A stretch of 64,000 bases of DNA from Faecousia sp. (lineage in GTDB: Bacteria; Bacillota; Clostridia; Oscillospirales; Oscillospiraceae), in contig JAZRLK010000104.1 in assembly GCA_045646805.1 (NCBI GenBank), forward strand, positions 1,704 to 65,703, read 5' to 3'. Position 1 is the stretch's first letter, and every line of letters begins with the position of its first letter. This document shows positions 1 to 10,644 of the stretch, in pieces. The notes beneath the pieces were generated by a model. It was not told the DNA's origin. It worked only from the letters and a program-made list of their open reading frames with translations, and ran no database searches. The position numbers and the translations under genes are program-made.

Positions 1-951
1 GGCGGACAGACCGTGGAAATTGCAGAACTTTACGCACGGAACACCGGCGTCTTGGAGAATGTTTACCCCACCTTGACCAAGGAAACTGACGCACCTGTTC
101 CTTCTTTTGAAAGCGACAAGCGCAGCAATCTGGCTCCGGCGATCAAGGTTGCCAAGCCGAAGATTTTGATTCCCGTATTCCCCGGCACCAACTGTGAATA
201 TGATTCTGCCCGGGCAGTTATGGCTGCCGGCGGCGAAGCAGAGATTGCGGTCATCCGCAATTTGACTGCAGAGGATGTTGCCCGCAGTGTGGAAACTGTT
301 GCCCAAAAGATCGCCGAAAGCCAGATGATCTTTATTCCCGGCGGCTTCTCCGGCGGCGACGAGCCCGACGGCTCTGCCAAGTTTATCACCGCTTTCTTCC
401 GCAATCCTGCCATCAAAGAGCAGGTTACCAAGCTTCTGGAAGACCGCGATGGTTTGATGTGCGGTATCTGTAATGGTTTCCAGGCGTTGATCAAGCTGGG
501 TCTTGTGCCTTACGGCAAGATCATCGACACCGACGATACCTGTCCCACACTGACCTTCAACACCATCGGCCGTCACCAGAGCCGGATCGTGCGTACCCGC
601 ATTGCATCCAATCAAAGCCCCTGGCTGAGCCTGATGAATGTTGGCGATATTGTCAATGTACCCATTTCTCACGGCGAGGGTCGGTTCTTCGCTTCTGAGG
701 AGCTGGCAAAGCAGCTTGCCGAAAACGGTCAGATCGCCACCCAGTATGTAGACCTTGCAGGCAATCCCACTATGGATGCCGCCTTCAACCCCAACGGTTC
801 TTTGTTTGCCATTGAGGGCATTACCAGCCCCGACGGCAGGGTGCTGGGCAAGATGGGACACAGCGAACGAATCGGAAAAGATCTCTACCGCAATGTTCCC
901 GGCGCATACGATATTCGTATGTTCGAAGCTGCCGTAAAGTATTTTAAATAA
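1..951 (+). CDS. purL: Phosphoribosylformylglycinamidine synthase, C-terminal glutamine amidotransferase domain (5' partial)
   Basis: [31 protein letters not shown] and MGHSER motifs; frame open from base 1; guaB follows. Confidence 0.95.
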   Translation, partial: GGQTVEIAELYARNTGVLENVYPTLTKETDAPVPSFESDKRSNLAPAIKVAKPKILIPVFPGTNCEYDSARAVMAAGGEAEIAVIRNLTAEDVARSVETVAQKIAESQMIFIPGGFSGGDEPDGSAKFITAFFRNPAIKEQVTKLLEDRDGLMCGICNGFQALIKLGLVPYGKIIDTDDTCPTLTFNTIGRHQSRIVRTRIASNQSPWLSLMNVGDIVNVPISHGEGRFFASEELAKQLAENGQIATQYVDLAGNPTMDAAFNPNGSLFAIEGITSPDGRVLGKMGHSERIGKDLYRNVPGAYDIRMFEAAVKYFK

Positions 952-964
952 GGGAGGCCTTCCA

Positions 965-2470
965 ATGGCATACTACTATTCTGAACCAAGCCATACTTTT
1001 AGTGAGTATCTTTTGATTCCCGGATATACTTCCGAGGAATGCATTCCCGATAATGTTTCCCTGCGCACATCTTTGGTGAAGTATAAAAAGGGCGTGGAGG
1101 AACCTGCCATCAGCTTGAATATCCCTCTGACCTCTGCGGTTATGCAGTCGGTTTCCAATGACTCTTTGGCAATTGCCTTGGCAAAGGAGGGCGGCATCAG
1201 CTTCATTTTTGGTTCCCAGTCCATTGAATCCCAGGCAGCTATGGTGGCAAAGGTCAAGGGCTATAAGGCGGGCTTTGTGGTGTCTGCTTCCAACCTGACT
1301 CCTGAGCATACCCTTGCCGATGTTCTGGAACTGAAAGAGAAAAACGGTTTTTCCACTGTGGCAATTACCGATGACGGCACTGCCAACGGCAAGCTGCTGG
1401 GTATCGTCACCGGACGGGACTACCGTGTGAGCCGTATGGACGGTAGTGAAAAGGTTTCCAGCTTTATGACCTCCCGGGAAAACCTGATTACTGCACCTGC
1501 AGAAACAACTTTGAAGGAAGCCAACGATATTATTTGGGAAAACAAGCTCAATAGTTTGCCTATCGTGGATGAAAACGACCATCTGCTGTACTTTGTCTTC
1601 CGCAAGGACTATTCTTCCCACAAGGCTCATCCTATGGAACTGCTGGATAATAAAAAGCGGTATCTGGTGGGCGCAGGCATCAACACCCGTGACTACGCAC
1701 AGCGCATCCCCGCTCTGCTGGAAGCCGGTGCAGACTGCCTGGTGATCGATTCCTCCGAGGGCTATACCTGCTGGCAGGAAAAGACCATCCGCTGGGTGCG
1801 TGAGAACTACGGCGACAGCGTCAAGATCGGTGCAGGCAATGTGGTGGATCGGGAGGGCTTCCGATTCCTGGCAGAATGCGGCGCAGACTTTGTCAAGGTC
1901 GGCATCGGCGGCGGCTCTATCTGCATTACCCGTGAGACCAAAGGCATCGGTCGCGGACAGGCTACCGCTGTGATCGAGGTGGCGGCTGCCCGGGATGAAT
2001 ACTTTAAAGAAACCGGCATCTATGTGCCGATCTGTTCCGATGGCGGCATTGTCCACGATTATCATATGACGCTGGCTCTGGCTATGGGCGCAGATTTTAT
2101 GATGCTGGGCCGGTACTTTGCCCGGTTTGATGAATCTCCCACGCCCAAGGTTATGGTCAATGGCGCATATATGAAGGAGTACTGGGGCGAAGGCTCCAAC
2201 CGCGCAAGAAACTGGCAGCGCTACGACTTGGGCGGCAAGACAAAGCTGACCTTCGAAGAGGGTGTTGACAGCTATGTAACCTACGCCGGTTCTCTCCACG
2301 ACAATGTGGAAAGTTCTCTATACAAGGTAAAATCCACTATGTGCAATGTGGGTGTGACCAACATTGCCGATCTGCAGGAAAAGGCAAAGATCACTTTGGT
2401 TTCTTCCACCTCTATCGTGGAAGGCGGCGCCCATGATGTGACCCTGCGCTCCACAAGCACAGTTAAATAA
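965..2470 (+). CDS. guaB: IMP dehydrogenase (with CBS pair)
   Basis: Catalytic [19 protein letters not shown]; RBS GGAGG. Confidence 0.95.
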   Translation: MAYYYSEPSHTFSEYLLIPGYTSEECIPDNVSLRTSLVKYKKGVEEPAISLNIPLTSAVMQSVSNDSLAIALAKEGGISFIFGSQSIESQAAMVAKVKGYKAGFVVSASNLTPEHTLADVLELKEKNGFSTVAITDDGTANGKLLGIVTGRDYRVSRMDGSEKVSSFMTSRENLITAPAETTLKEANDIIWENKLNSLPIVDENDHLLYFVFRKDYSSHKAHPMELLDNKKRYLVGAGINTRDYAQRIPALLEAGADCLVIDSSEGYTCWQEKTIRWVRENYGDSVKIGAGNVVDREGFRFLAECGADFVKVGIGGGSICITRETKGIGRGQATAVIEVAAARDEYFKETGIYVPICSDGGIVHDYHMTLALAMGADFMMLGRYFARFDESPTPKVMVNGAYMKEYWGEGSNRARNWQRYDLGGKTKLTFEEGVDSYVTYAGSLHDNVESSLYKVKSTMCNVGVTNIADLQEKAKITLVSSTSIVEGGAHDVTLRSTSTVK

Positions 2471-2537
2471 TATTGGTTTCAATTTGTTTTTGGGAAACCT
2501 GGACATTCTGAGTAACCCAAAGAAATAACAAGAATAA

Positions 2538-2582
2538 AGACCTTATGTAGCACATAATTTCCGTGCTACATAAGGTTTTTTC
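2538..2582 (+). terminator. Rho-independent terminator after guaB
   Basis: accttatgtagcac...gtgctacataaggt stem followed by T run. Confidence 0.85.
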
Positions 2583-2809
2583 TTGATACAAAAATAGCAG
2601 CTCCTGTGAAATATAAGAGCCGCTGTTTGAATCGCTTATGGCGTCGGTCGAGGAATATAATAAATGCTAATATTTTGCTAATAGGACGCATTTCTACTAT
2701 ATGAAACTGCTGATACGGATTGAACTATTTGAATTCAAAACCGGATGACTTACTGTAAAATATGTCACTATATGGAACATTTAGCACCATTTAATAGATC
2801 GCAAACGCG

Positions 2810-2854
2810 CTCCTAAGCGCAAGGTAGTGAGTTCGAGTCTCGCTGGTGGTGCCA
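2810..2854 (+). pseudogene. 3' fragment of tRNA-Arg(CCT): anticodon loop, T arm, acceptor 3' strand, CCA; no 5' half
   Basis: ctcctaa-gcgca-aggta-gtgag-ttcgagt-ctcgc-tggtggt-g-cca; upstream bases give no D arm or canonical acceptor 5' strand; hairpin at 2855-2890 follows. Confidence 0.7.
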
Positions 2855-3087
2855 AGCACTGTGATTTTACCGTAAATCACGGTGCTTTTCGTAATTGTAA
2901 TATAGTTTTTTAAATGTCATATAATATAGTTGTGTTGTGCGAAACTATTGTGTGATATATCTCTGTAACAATTTAAAAGTTATTGTGTTTTGTGAGAAAA
3001 TATGTTAAACTAATTGCATAATTAAATTTTTATTCATTATATATTATGATTGATAATTCGAAAATTTTGTTATAATAGGAGACTTCT

Positions 3088-5163
3088 ATGAAGCGGATAT
3101 TAACATTATTTATTTGCTTAGTGATGCTTTTGCAAATTATGCCCGCATCTGCGTTTGCGGAGATTGTTGAAGAAAATAACATCAAAACAGAACATTTCGA
3201 GTATTTTAAATCCTCAACACCTATTTCAACGAGAGCATCGTCCTTTGATCAGGAGAAACTGAAACAAATTCTTTTTGAAGGATTCTCCAAATGCCATGAT
3301 TCTATTGATATTTCCTCTCTTGGAATTCCATATTCTCAGGCCAATCTTGATTTGATCGAACATATCATGTATTACGAAATGCCGGAATGTTTCCATCTTG
3401 AACTTTCTTATTCGTATACTTATTCCCGAGGTATCTTTAAACAAATTCTGCCTTATTATTCTTATTCTGCGGCTGATTATGAAATTATGCGTGCAGATAT
3501 GGTAGCAGTAAAAGACAAACTCGTAAGCGGGATAAAAGGAAACAACCAATTGGATGATGTTCAGAAAGCACTCCTTCTCCATGATCGACTTGCCATGGTA
3601 TGCCAATATGATTACAGCTACTCTGAAATGAGAGCCACCACATACGGTGCAATGGTAAATGGTGCGGCAGTGTGCCAAGGTTACGCGGAGGCTTATGACT
3701 ATCTGCTGGATGAGGTTGGAGTTAGAAGTGAGTATTGCATTTCTAATCAATTGGATCATATCTGGAATATCGTATACATCGACGATATTCCGTACCATGT
3801 GGATGTAACCTGGGATGATATGGCCTGGGGGAACTATGAACGTGGAGCAGTAGGCGCGGTTGAACATAGAAACTTCTTGCGTTCCAGCAATGGTATATAT
3901 GCAACCGGACACGATGCCAATGATTATATTACCACACCCAATGATACCACCTATGACAATTATTTTTGGCAAAATTCTGAAACCTCGTTCCAGCTGATCG
4001 GCAACGAGCTGTATTATATTGATAATCAAGCTGGAAAATTAAGAAGATATAGCGACCATAAAGAATTACGTAATCTTGCTTCTGATTGGAACTATTTTGC
4101 CAATCAAGCCAGACTATCCGGTGATGGGAAATATTTATATTATTCTTTAGCCGATGCGGTGTATCAATATGATGTATCCCAAGGAATATCTACAAAGATC
4201 TATACTCCCAGCTTATCCGGATATAATAAAATTTATGGATTTGCTTATTTGAATGGATATTTAATTTGCGATATTGCAGATATGCCGCCGTATTACTATG
4301 GCCGAAGCTTTTTGCAGCAAATTAAGCAGAAATATGATGCACCTACTATTGGCACTGTTGAAAGATGGAATGTTTTGCTCGATAGTGAAATAACCGCAAA
4401 TTTCTTTCTTAAAGTGGATAGCGGCATTACAAATACGGCGAAGGTAAAAATTACTGTGGGCGAGGAATCTGTTACTGAAAATATTGCAGCACTGAGTAAA
4501 GTGAATGATTTGTATAAAATCTCTGTTAAAATATCTGCAGTACAGTTAAGCGACATAATCACGGTTGAGATTCTGAACGCAACAGATAGCTCAGAAAAAT
4601 TTACATATTCCGTACGGCAGTACTGTGATACAATTCTTGAAGACAGCTCACAGAAAAAATATCACGCACTCATTAAAGAATTGCTCAATTACGGTGCCAT
4701 GACGCAATTATACTTTGATTATAACTCATCTGATCTTGCAAACAAAGGTATTAACGGACTGATTTCGATAGCAGTACCAAAGAAAACGCAGGATTTGATC
4801 GTTGATGACAAGGCTGCTGCTTTAAGTTTTTACGGTGCAAGTCTTGTTTATCGGGATCGAATCGCCGTGAGGTACTATTTTACCGGCAATACATCCGGCT
4901 GCACATTTAGTGTAAACGGCAAAAATTATCTGCCCGTAGCCAAAGACGGAATGTATTATGTTGAAGTTGCAGATATTTTGCCTCAAAACTTGGATCAGCA
5001 AATTACCTTAAATGTAGCAAATACTCAAGGAAAGATGCTGAGTGTTTCTTATGGACCGATGAATTATATTGTCCGTATGAACCAAACAGGGGATAACAAG
5101 ACCCAGAATCTTATGGAGGCGCTATACAATTATCATTTGGCAGTAAAAGCATTTGCTGCATAG
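3088..5163 (+). CDS. Secreted transglutaminase-like (Cys-His-Asp) protein with conserved C-terminal module
   Basis: Signal peptide; VCQGYAEAY...HIWNIV...HVDVTWD core; C-terminal ~270 aa similar to the end of ORF 26764..30288. Confidence 0.8.
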   Translation: MKRILTLFICLVMLLQIMPASAFAEIVEENNIKTEHFEYFKSSTPISTRASSFDQEKLKQILFEGFSKCHDSIDISSLGIPYSQANLDLIEHIMYYEMPECFHLELSYSYTYSRGIFKQILPYYSYSAADYEIMRADMVAVKDKLVSGIKGNNQLDDVQKALLLHDRLAMVCQYDYSYSEMRATTYGAMVNGAAVCQGYAEAYDYLLDEVGVRSEYCISNQLDHIWNIVYIDDIPYHVDVTWDDMAWGNYERGAVGAVEHRNFLRSSNGIYATGHDANDYITTPNDTTYDNYFWQNSETSFQLIGNELYYIDNQAGKLRRYSDHKELRNLASDWNYFANQARLSGDGKYLYYSLADAVYQYDVSQGISTKIYTPSLSGYNKIYGFAYLNGYLICDIADMPPYYYGRSFLQQIKQKYDAPTIGTVERWNVLLDSEITANFFLKVDSGITNTAKVKITVGEESVTENIAALSKVNDLYKISVKISAVQLSDIITVEILNATDSSEKFTYSVRQYCDTILEDSSQKKYHALIKELLNYGAMTQLYFDYNSSDLANKGINGLISIAVPKKTQDLIVDDKAAALSFYGASLVYRDRIAVRYYFTGNTSGCTFSVNGKNYLPVAKDGMYYVEVADILPQNLDQQITLNVANTQGKMLSVSYGPMNYIVRMNQTGDNKTQNLMEALYNYHLAVKAFAA

Positions 5164-5192
5164 CTGCATAAATAGTTAGAAAGGAGAATCGT

Positions 5193-6890
5193 ATGTACTG
5201 TAAGGTTTGCGGTCAGGATGGACCGGGCGATGGTATTTGCTGTACTTATTGCGGTTCTCCTTTTAATTCTGAATCCATTATTTCAAATGCTTCCTCTAAA
5301 ATCGAAATTGTGGAAGAGATGGATACTGAATCTTTGCCTAAGTCTCGGCTCGGGCATCGGGTTGAGTTTACTTTTCCTCCGTTGCGTTGGGTTCTTTGCA
5401 TCGTATTTATCATTCTGTTTCTGGTTCTGCTTTGTTTCCCGGGATTCCGAAGGCTGATTATTCGATCTTTTACGCCGCCAAATGTTCTAATGAAAAGCGT
5501 TTACAGTCAGGCCCTGGATGATATATTTTCCCAAGCCAATATCATCGATACGCAGTACAATAAGGAATCTGTAGCAGCGGAATACCAATTAGAGATTACA
5601 AATGGTGACATTGCTTTAACCCTTCTTGCCGATGCGTTGGGTGTGGATCCCACAGAAATTCAAGGATTTTCCGACGTTCAAATTCTATGTGATGCGGTCT
5701 ATGATCAAAATTATTTGCAAGCAATGTATTCCTTTGCACTTTGCCAGAAGGATATAATTTCCTTGGAACAGTATGTTGACGCAGAAAATCAAGAACAGTG
5801 GCTTGTTTTTCCGGAATTGAGCGATCAGGCATTATACGTAAATATGGCAGATAATTCGTCTTTTTCCGGCATTTTTGAAGGGAATAATCAAACATTGGCG
5901 AAAATTGACCCGCAAGTATTGGAAGATATTTCAATATATTACGTTAAGATGCTGATTGAAGGATTTGAAAATATTAATAAATCCACCGAAAACGTAAATT
6001 GCGGCGGAATTTCAAAGCGAATGACGGTAATAAATGCTACGGTATCTTCCAGGCAGCTTTGCGAAATTCTGATTGAGATAATTGAGGATGTTTCGAGCAA
6101 TCCGGATGTTGCCGGCATATTTTATGATATGGAAAATCAGCTGGGACAAAATTTTTACGAGGACTTCTTGTCTTCCTTAGAACTTGAGAAGCGTCAATTA
6201 CAAACGGCTCTTCGACAAGTGGATGCTTTCAGCAATTTTACATTGTATACGTATCTAAATCATAAAAACAAAATTGTGGGCGTAAAACTGGAATATTCTA
6301 ACAAAGGTGTTCTTTATCCAATATTCTCATGTAAAACTGTTACTAACGGATTGCAATTTGGCATCGAAATAGAGTTTGTAGATAGTATACGGATACAGGG
6401 GAGTGGGAAACTCGGTAAAGGAATCGATGGAACTTTCCTTGTTACATATGGAAAGCAGCAGATTTGTCAAATTCAACTAAACGATTTTCTTTACAAAAGT
6501 GATTCCGTTTCCGGGACCTTTGAAATTATTCCAAATGAAGAGACGGTTGAACATTTGATTGACCAAATTGATGTCTATGATGCCTATTTGCGCGTGAACA
6601 GATTGTCTGATTTTTCGATTAAAATAAATGTGATATGGAACAATGAAAATAAAAACATATCTGCAACCTTGCTTTCGAATGATGAACTGATCTCTAAGAT
6701 TTATTTATCAGTAGAACCAAAGGCTAATAAAATTACAAATAGATTTTCAGCAGATAATGCTTTAACCGCCGAGCTTTGGAGTTCCGGCATTAATGAAACA
6801 GCGGTCGATGTTTTAGTCGAGAAACTTGTTGGTGCAGGAATCAGCCGAAAAGTAGTTTGCGATTATATTAAATCAGATATGGATGAATAA
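5193..6890 (+). CDS. Zinc-ribbon + single TM + large extracytoplasmic domain, hypothetical protein
   Basis: N-terminal CxxC...CxxC, hydrophobic helix at about aa 65-83, RBS AAGGAG. Confidence 0.7.
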   Translation: MYCKVCGQDGPGDGICCTYCGSPFNSESIISNASSKIEIVEEMDTESLPKSRLGHRVEFTFPPLRWVLCIVFIILFLVLLCFPGFRRLIIRSFTPPNVLMKSVYSQALDDIFSQANIIDTQYNKESVAAEYQLEITNGDIALTLLADALGVDPTEIQGFSDVQILCDAVYDQNYLQAMYSFALCQKDIISLEQYVDAENQEQWLVFPELSDQALYVNMADNSSFSGIFEGNNQTLAKIDPQVLEDISIYYVKMLIEGFENINKSTENVNCGGISKRMTVINATVSSRQLCEILIEIIEDVSSNPDVAGIFYDMENQLGQNFYEDFLSSLELEKRQLQTALRQVDAFSNFTLYTYLNHKNKIVGVKLEYSNKGVLYPIFSCKTVTNGLQFGIEIEFVDSIRIQGSGKLGKGIDGTFLVTYGKQQICQIQLNDFLYKSDSVSGTFEIIPNEETVEHLIDQIDVYDAYLRVNRLSDFSIKINVIWNNENKNISATLLSNDELISKIYLSVEPKANKITNRFSADNALTAELWSSGINETAVDVLVEKLVGAGISRKVVCDYIKSDMDE

Positions 6891-6924
6891 ATGTAGAAAA
6901 AATCAGTTTTTTTGTATTTTCTTG

Positions 6925-6953
6925 TTGACTTAATTGTCCGTCAGTGGTAAACT
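6925..6953 (+). promoter_or_regulatory. Sigma-A promoter for the T-box leader
   Basis: TTGACT-17 nt-TAAACT with TG extension. Confidence 0.7.
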
Positions 6954-6976
6954 TATGATTAGCCAATAAAGACAAC

Positions 6977-7227
6977 ACAATGATGAAAAATAGTACATAT
7001 CTGATGTGTTTTGCCAGAGAGCTGCCGGGGGTGCAAGGCAGTGAAAACCTGGATATGGAATTCCTTTCGGAGTGGCTTTGCTGAAACTTTTGAGTAGGCG
7101 AAGACGGGGAAGGCCCGATATAGCCTGCGGACCTGTTTGGGTCCCGTGAGGCTCTGTAAAGAGCAAATTGAGGTGGTACCACAGGAAATTCTTGTCCTCT
7201 GCAATTATGCAGAGGACAATTTTTTTA
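6977..7227 (+). ncRNA. T-box riboswitch, Phe specifier (UUC)
   Basis: AGTA and AGAGA/GGTGCAA stem I motifs; GAA-TTC specifier at 7061-7063; T-box AATTGAGGTGGTACCAC with TGGTACC at 7174-7180; terminator ttgtcctctgca...tgcagaggacaa + T run. Confidence 0.9.
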
Positions 7228-7239
7228 GAGAGGTCTAAT

Positions 7240-8877
7240 ATGATTATTACAGATTTTTTAGAAAGAAATGCTCGTCTGTACGGACAAGAAGTTGCTCTTG
7301 TTGAGATCAATCCCTCTGAGGAACGGGATAAAGCTGTTACCTGGTGGGATTTTAATTTGATTGAAAGCGCAAGCCAGGATGCCCCTTATCGTCGGGAGAT
7401 CAGCTGGCAGGATTTTGACCGCCGTGCAAACCGGTTTGCTAATCTGCTTTTATCCCGAGGTTTGAAAAAGGGAACTAAGGTAGCGATTTTGCTTATGAAT
7501 TGCCTGGAATGGCTTCCGATTTACTTTGGTATTTTGAAGGCAGGCTGCATTGCTGTTCCGATGAATTTCCGCTATGCAAGCGATGAAATCAAGTATTGCT
7601 TGGAACTGGCTGATGCAGAAGTGTTAGTTTTTGGACCGGAGTTTATCAGTCGGATGAACGCGATCTCCAACGAGATTCCCAATGTTCGTACATTGTTTTT
7701 TGTTGGCGGCAATGGTCCGGAATACACCGAAGATTGTATTACATTGATGGGATTCTGTTCTTCCAGTCCTCCTCCGGTTGCTTTGACCCAGCAGGACGAT
7801 GCTGTAATCTATTTTTCTTCCGGCACTACCGGTTTTCCCAAAGCTATTTTACATAATCATTTATCCCTGGTTCATTCCTGTATGACAGAGCAAAATCATC
7901 ACGGTCAATCCAGAGAAGATGTGTTTTTGTGCATTCCGCCCCTTTATCATACCGGTGCAAAGATGCATTGGTTCGGCTCATTGCTCTCAGGATCCAAAGC
8001 TGTTCTTCTTCGTGGTGTGAAACCTGAATGGATTTTACGGGCAGTTACAGAGGAACGGTGCACTATCGTGTGGCTTCTTGTGCCATGGGCACAGGATCTG
8101 CTTGATGCAATTGATGACGGCAGAGTGGATCTGAGCAGATACCGTTTGGATCAATGGCGGCTTATGCATGTTGGCGCGCAGCCTGTGCCTCCCAGTTTGA
8201 TCAGACGGTGGATGAAGATTTTCCCCAACCACAAATATGATACCAATTATGGTCTGTCTGAATCTATTGGTCCCGGATGTGTCCATTTGGGTTTGGAAAA
8301 TACCCACAAAGTTGGTGCTATCGGTAAGCCCGGTTTCGGTTGGCAGACACGCATTGTGGATGACCGTGGAGAAGATGTTAAGCCCGGTGAAGTTGGTGAG
8401 CTGATCGTATTTGGCGACGGTGTTATGACCTGCTATTACAAAAATCCGGAAGCCACCGCTGAAGTTTTGAAAAACGGCTGGCTCTATACCGGTGATATGG
8501 CAAAGGAAGACGAAGATGGATTTATTTACTTAGTTGACCGCAAGAAAGATGTTGTTATTTCCGGCGGCGAAAATATCTATCCTGTGCAGATTGAAGACTT
8601 CCTGCGTTCTTTTGATAAGATCAAGGATGTGGCTGTAATCGGTCTTCCGGAGCCTCGCCTGGGTGAGATCACTGCAGCAATTATAGAACTTAAAGAAGGG
8701 GAGAGCTGCACAGAAGAGGAAATTAACCAATTCTGTATGTCCTTACCCCGATATAAGCGTCCCCGCAAGATTTTCTTTGATTGTGTACCCCGTAATCCCA
8801 CCGGAAAAATCGAAAAGCCTGTTTTGCGCGATAAGTATTGCCAAGGTCGTTTGGTAGAAGTACAGATCACAGGCTGA
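7240..8877 (+). CDS. Acyl/aryl-CoA synthetase (ANL adenylate-forming enzyme)
   Basis: FSSGTTGFPK, YGLSE, TGD, GKIEK motifs; start moved to ATG 7240 (RBS GAGG, downstream of the T-box terminator). Confidence 0.9.
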   Translation: MIITDFLERNARLYGQEVALVEINPSEERDKAVTWWDFNLIESASQDAPYRREISWQDFDRRANRFANLLLSRGLKKGTKVAILLMNCLEWLPIYFGILKAGCIAVPMNFRYASDEIKYCLELADAEVLVFGPEFISRMNAISNEIPNVRTLFFVGGNGPEYTEDCITLMGFCSSSPPPVALTQQDDAVIYFSSGTTGFPKAILHNHLSLVHSCMTEQNHHGQSREDVFLCIPPLYHTGAKMHWFGSLLSGSKAVLLRGVKPEWILRAVTEERCTIVWLLVPWAQDLLDAIDDGRVDLSRYRLDQWRLMHVGAQPVPPSLIRRWMKIFPNHKYDTNYGLSESIGPGCVHLGLENTHKVGAIGKPGFGWQTRIVDDRGEDVKPGEVGELIVFGDGVMTCYYKNPEATAEVLKNGWLYTGDMAKEDEDGFIYLVDRKKDVVISGGENIYPVQIEDFLRSFDKIKDVAVIGLPEPRLGEITAAIIELKEGESCTEEEINQFCMSLPRYKRPRKIFFDCVPRNPTGKIEKPVLRDKYCQGRLVEVQITG

Positions 8878-8911
8878 TCTTATATATGCCTTATCATAAG
8901 GAGGAACCAAA

Positions 8912-10642
8912 ATGAAACAGTTGATGCTTGGCAACGAGGCCGTTGCCAGAGGATTATATGAAGCCGGATGCAGCTTTGTGTCCAGCTACCCCGGAACGCC
9001 CAGTACGGAGATCACAGAAGCCGTTGCAAAATACCCTGAGGTATACGCTGAATGGGCACCCAACGAAAAGGTTGCTATGGAAGCGGCATTTGGTGCATCT
9101 TTGGCAGGTCGGCGCAGTTTTTGCGGTATGAAGCATGTTGGATTGAACGTTGCTGCAGACCCGTTGTTTACCATTTCTTATACCGGTGTTAACGGCGGTA
9201 TGGTGATCGGCGTTGCAGATGATGCAGGTATGCATTCTTCTCAAAACGAACAGGATTCCCGTCATTATGCCCGTGCGTCCAAGATTCCTATGCTGGAGCC
9301 TTCCGATTCTGCGGAAGCATTGGCTTTTACTAAACTGGCATACGAACTTTCTGAGAAGTTTGATACACCTGTTTTGGTGAAGATGTGTACCCGTGTTTCT
9401 CATTCTCAAAGTATTGTAGAAACTGGTGAGCGCAAGGAAATCGTTGGAGAATACAAAAAAGATATTCCCAAATATGTTATGATGCCCGGCAATGCAAAAC
9501 GCCGCCATCCTGTTGTGGAAGCGAGAACTGCTGCATTGGTGGATTATGCAGAAACTACAGAATTAAATCGCACAGAATCCGGTGAAGATAGTGCAATCGG
9601 CTTCATTACATCTTCTACTTCTTATCAATATGTAAAAGAAGTGTTTGGCGATCTATATCCGGTATTGAAAATCGGTATGATTTGGCCTCTGCCGGAGAAA
9701 AAGATCCGTGACTTTGCTGCTTCTGTTAAGAAATTGGTCATTGTTGAAGAACTCGATAGTTTTATTGAAGCACATTGCCATGATCTTGGAATTTCCTGCG
9801 AAGGCAAAAATATATTCTCCTGCATTGATGAACTGAGCCAAAATATTGTGGCAGATAAATTAGAGCAGCAAACGCTTTGCGGAATTAAGCTCGATGAACA
9901 AATTCCGCCCAGACCTCCGGTGATGTGCGCCGGTTGCCCTCACAGAGGTTTGTTCTATACTTTAAAGAAGAATAAACTGACCGTTTTGGGCGATATTGGC
10001 TGTTATACCTTGGGTGCTGTTGCACCTCTGGCTGCGGTAGATTCTGTTATTTGTATGGGCGCTTCCGTTTCAGGTATTCACGGATTCACCAAATCCCAGC
10101 AGGGGGCAGCGGATAATAACACGGTTGCTGTAATCGGTGATTCTACATTTATGCACTCCGGCATTACCGGCCTTGTGAATATGGCTTATAATGAATCCAA
10201 TTCTACCGTTATTATTGTAGATAACTCTATTACAGGTATGACCGGACATCAACAAAATCCCACAACTGGCTATAATTTGAAGGGTGACCCCTGCACCAAA
10301 ATTGATTTGGAAACTCTTTGCCGTGCCGTGGGCATTCGTCGTGTTCGTGTGATCGATCCTTACGATTTGGCGCAATGTGACGCTGTTATTAAGGAGGAGC
10401 TTGCTGCAGCAGAGCCTTCCGTAATTATTTCCCGTCGTCCCTGCGCTTTGCTCAAGTATGTAAAGCATAAAGCACCTTTGAAAGCAGATTGCGATAAATG
10501 TGTAGGCTGCAAATCCTGTATGAAGATCGGTTGCCCTGCAATTAGTATTGTAAACGGCAAAGCAGTTGTGGATTCCACGCAGTGTGTTGGCTGTGGAATC
10601 TGTCAGCAGTTGTGTAAATTCGATGCACTGAAGGAGATCTGA
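8912..10642 (+). CDS. iorA: Indolepyruvate (arylpyruvate):ferredoxin oxidoreductase alpha subunit
   Basis: GNEAVARG, YPGTPSTE, CAGCPHR, GDIGC, GDSTF (TPP), C-terminal 2x[4Fe-4S] domain. Confidence 0.92.
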   Translation: MKQLMLGNEAVARGLYEAGCSFVSSYPGTPSTEITEAVAKYPEVYAEWAPNEKVAMEAAFGASLAGRRSFCGMKHVGLNVAADPLFTISYTGVNGGMVIGVADDAGMHSSQNEQDSRHYARASKIPMLEPSDSAEALAFTKLAYELSEKFDTPVLVKMCTRVSHSQSIVETGERKEIVGEYKKDIPKYVMMPGNAKRRHPVVEARTAALVDYAETTELNRTESGEDSAIGFITSSTSYQYVKEVFGDLYPVLKIGMIWPLPEKKIRDFAASVKKLVIVEELDSFIEAHCHDLGISCEGKNIFSCIDELSQNIVADKLEQQTLCGIKLDEQIPPRPPVMCAGCPHRGLFYTLKKNKLTVLGDIGCYTLGAVAPLAAVDSVICMGASVSGIHGFTKSQQGAADNNTVAVIGDSTFMHSGITGLVNMAYNESNSTVIIVDNSITGMTGHQQNPTTGYNLKGDPCTKIDLETLCRAVGIRRVRVIDPYDLAQCDAVIKEELAAAEPSVIISRRPCALLKYVKHKAPLKADCDKCVGCKSCMKIGCPAISIVNGKAVVDSTQCVGCGICQQLCKFDALKEI

Positions 10643-10644
10643 TT

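Noticed and set aside
944-2299. Long antisense ORFs (944..2299, 11198..12193, 18075..19172, 31911..33080, 37880..39259 and similar)
   Set aside because: They are shadows of well-supported genes on the opposite strand, with no RBS or recognisable motifs
2784-2854. Intact tRNA-Arg gene using gcaccat as the 5' acceptor strand
   Set aside because: No D arm, wrong register for discriminator/CCA, and only a 6-nt anticodon loop; kept as a fragment
7168-7239. N-terminal extension of the acyl-CoA ligase ORF
   Set aside because: Overlaps the T-box antiterminator/terminator; ATG 7240 has the RBS
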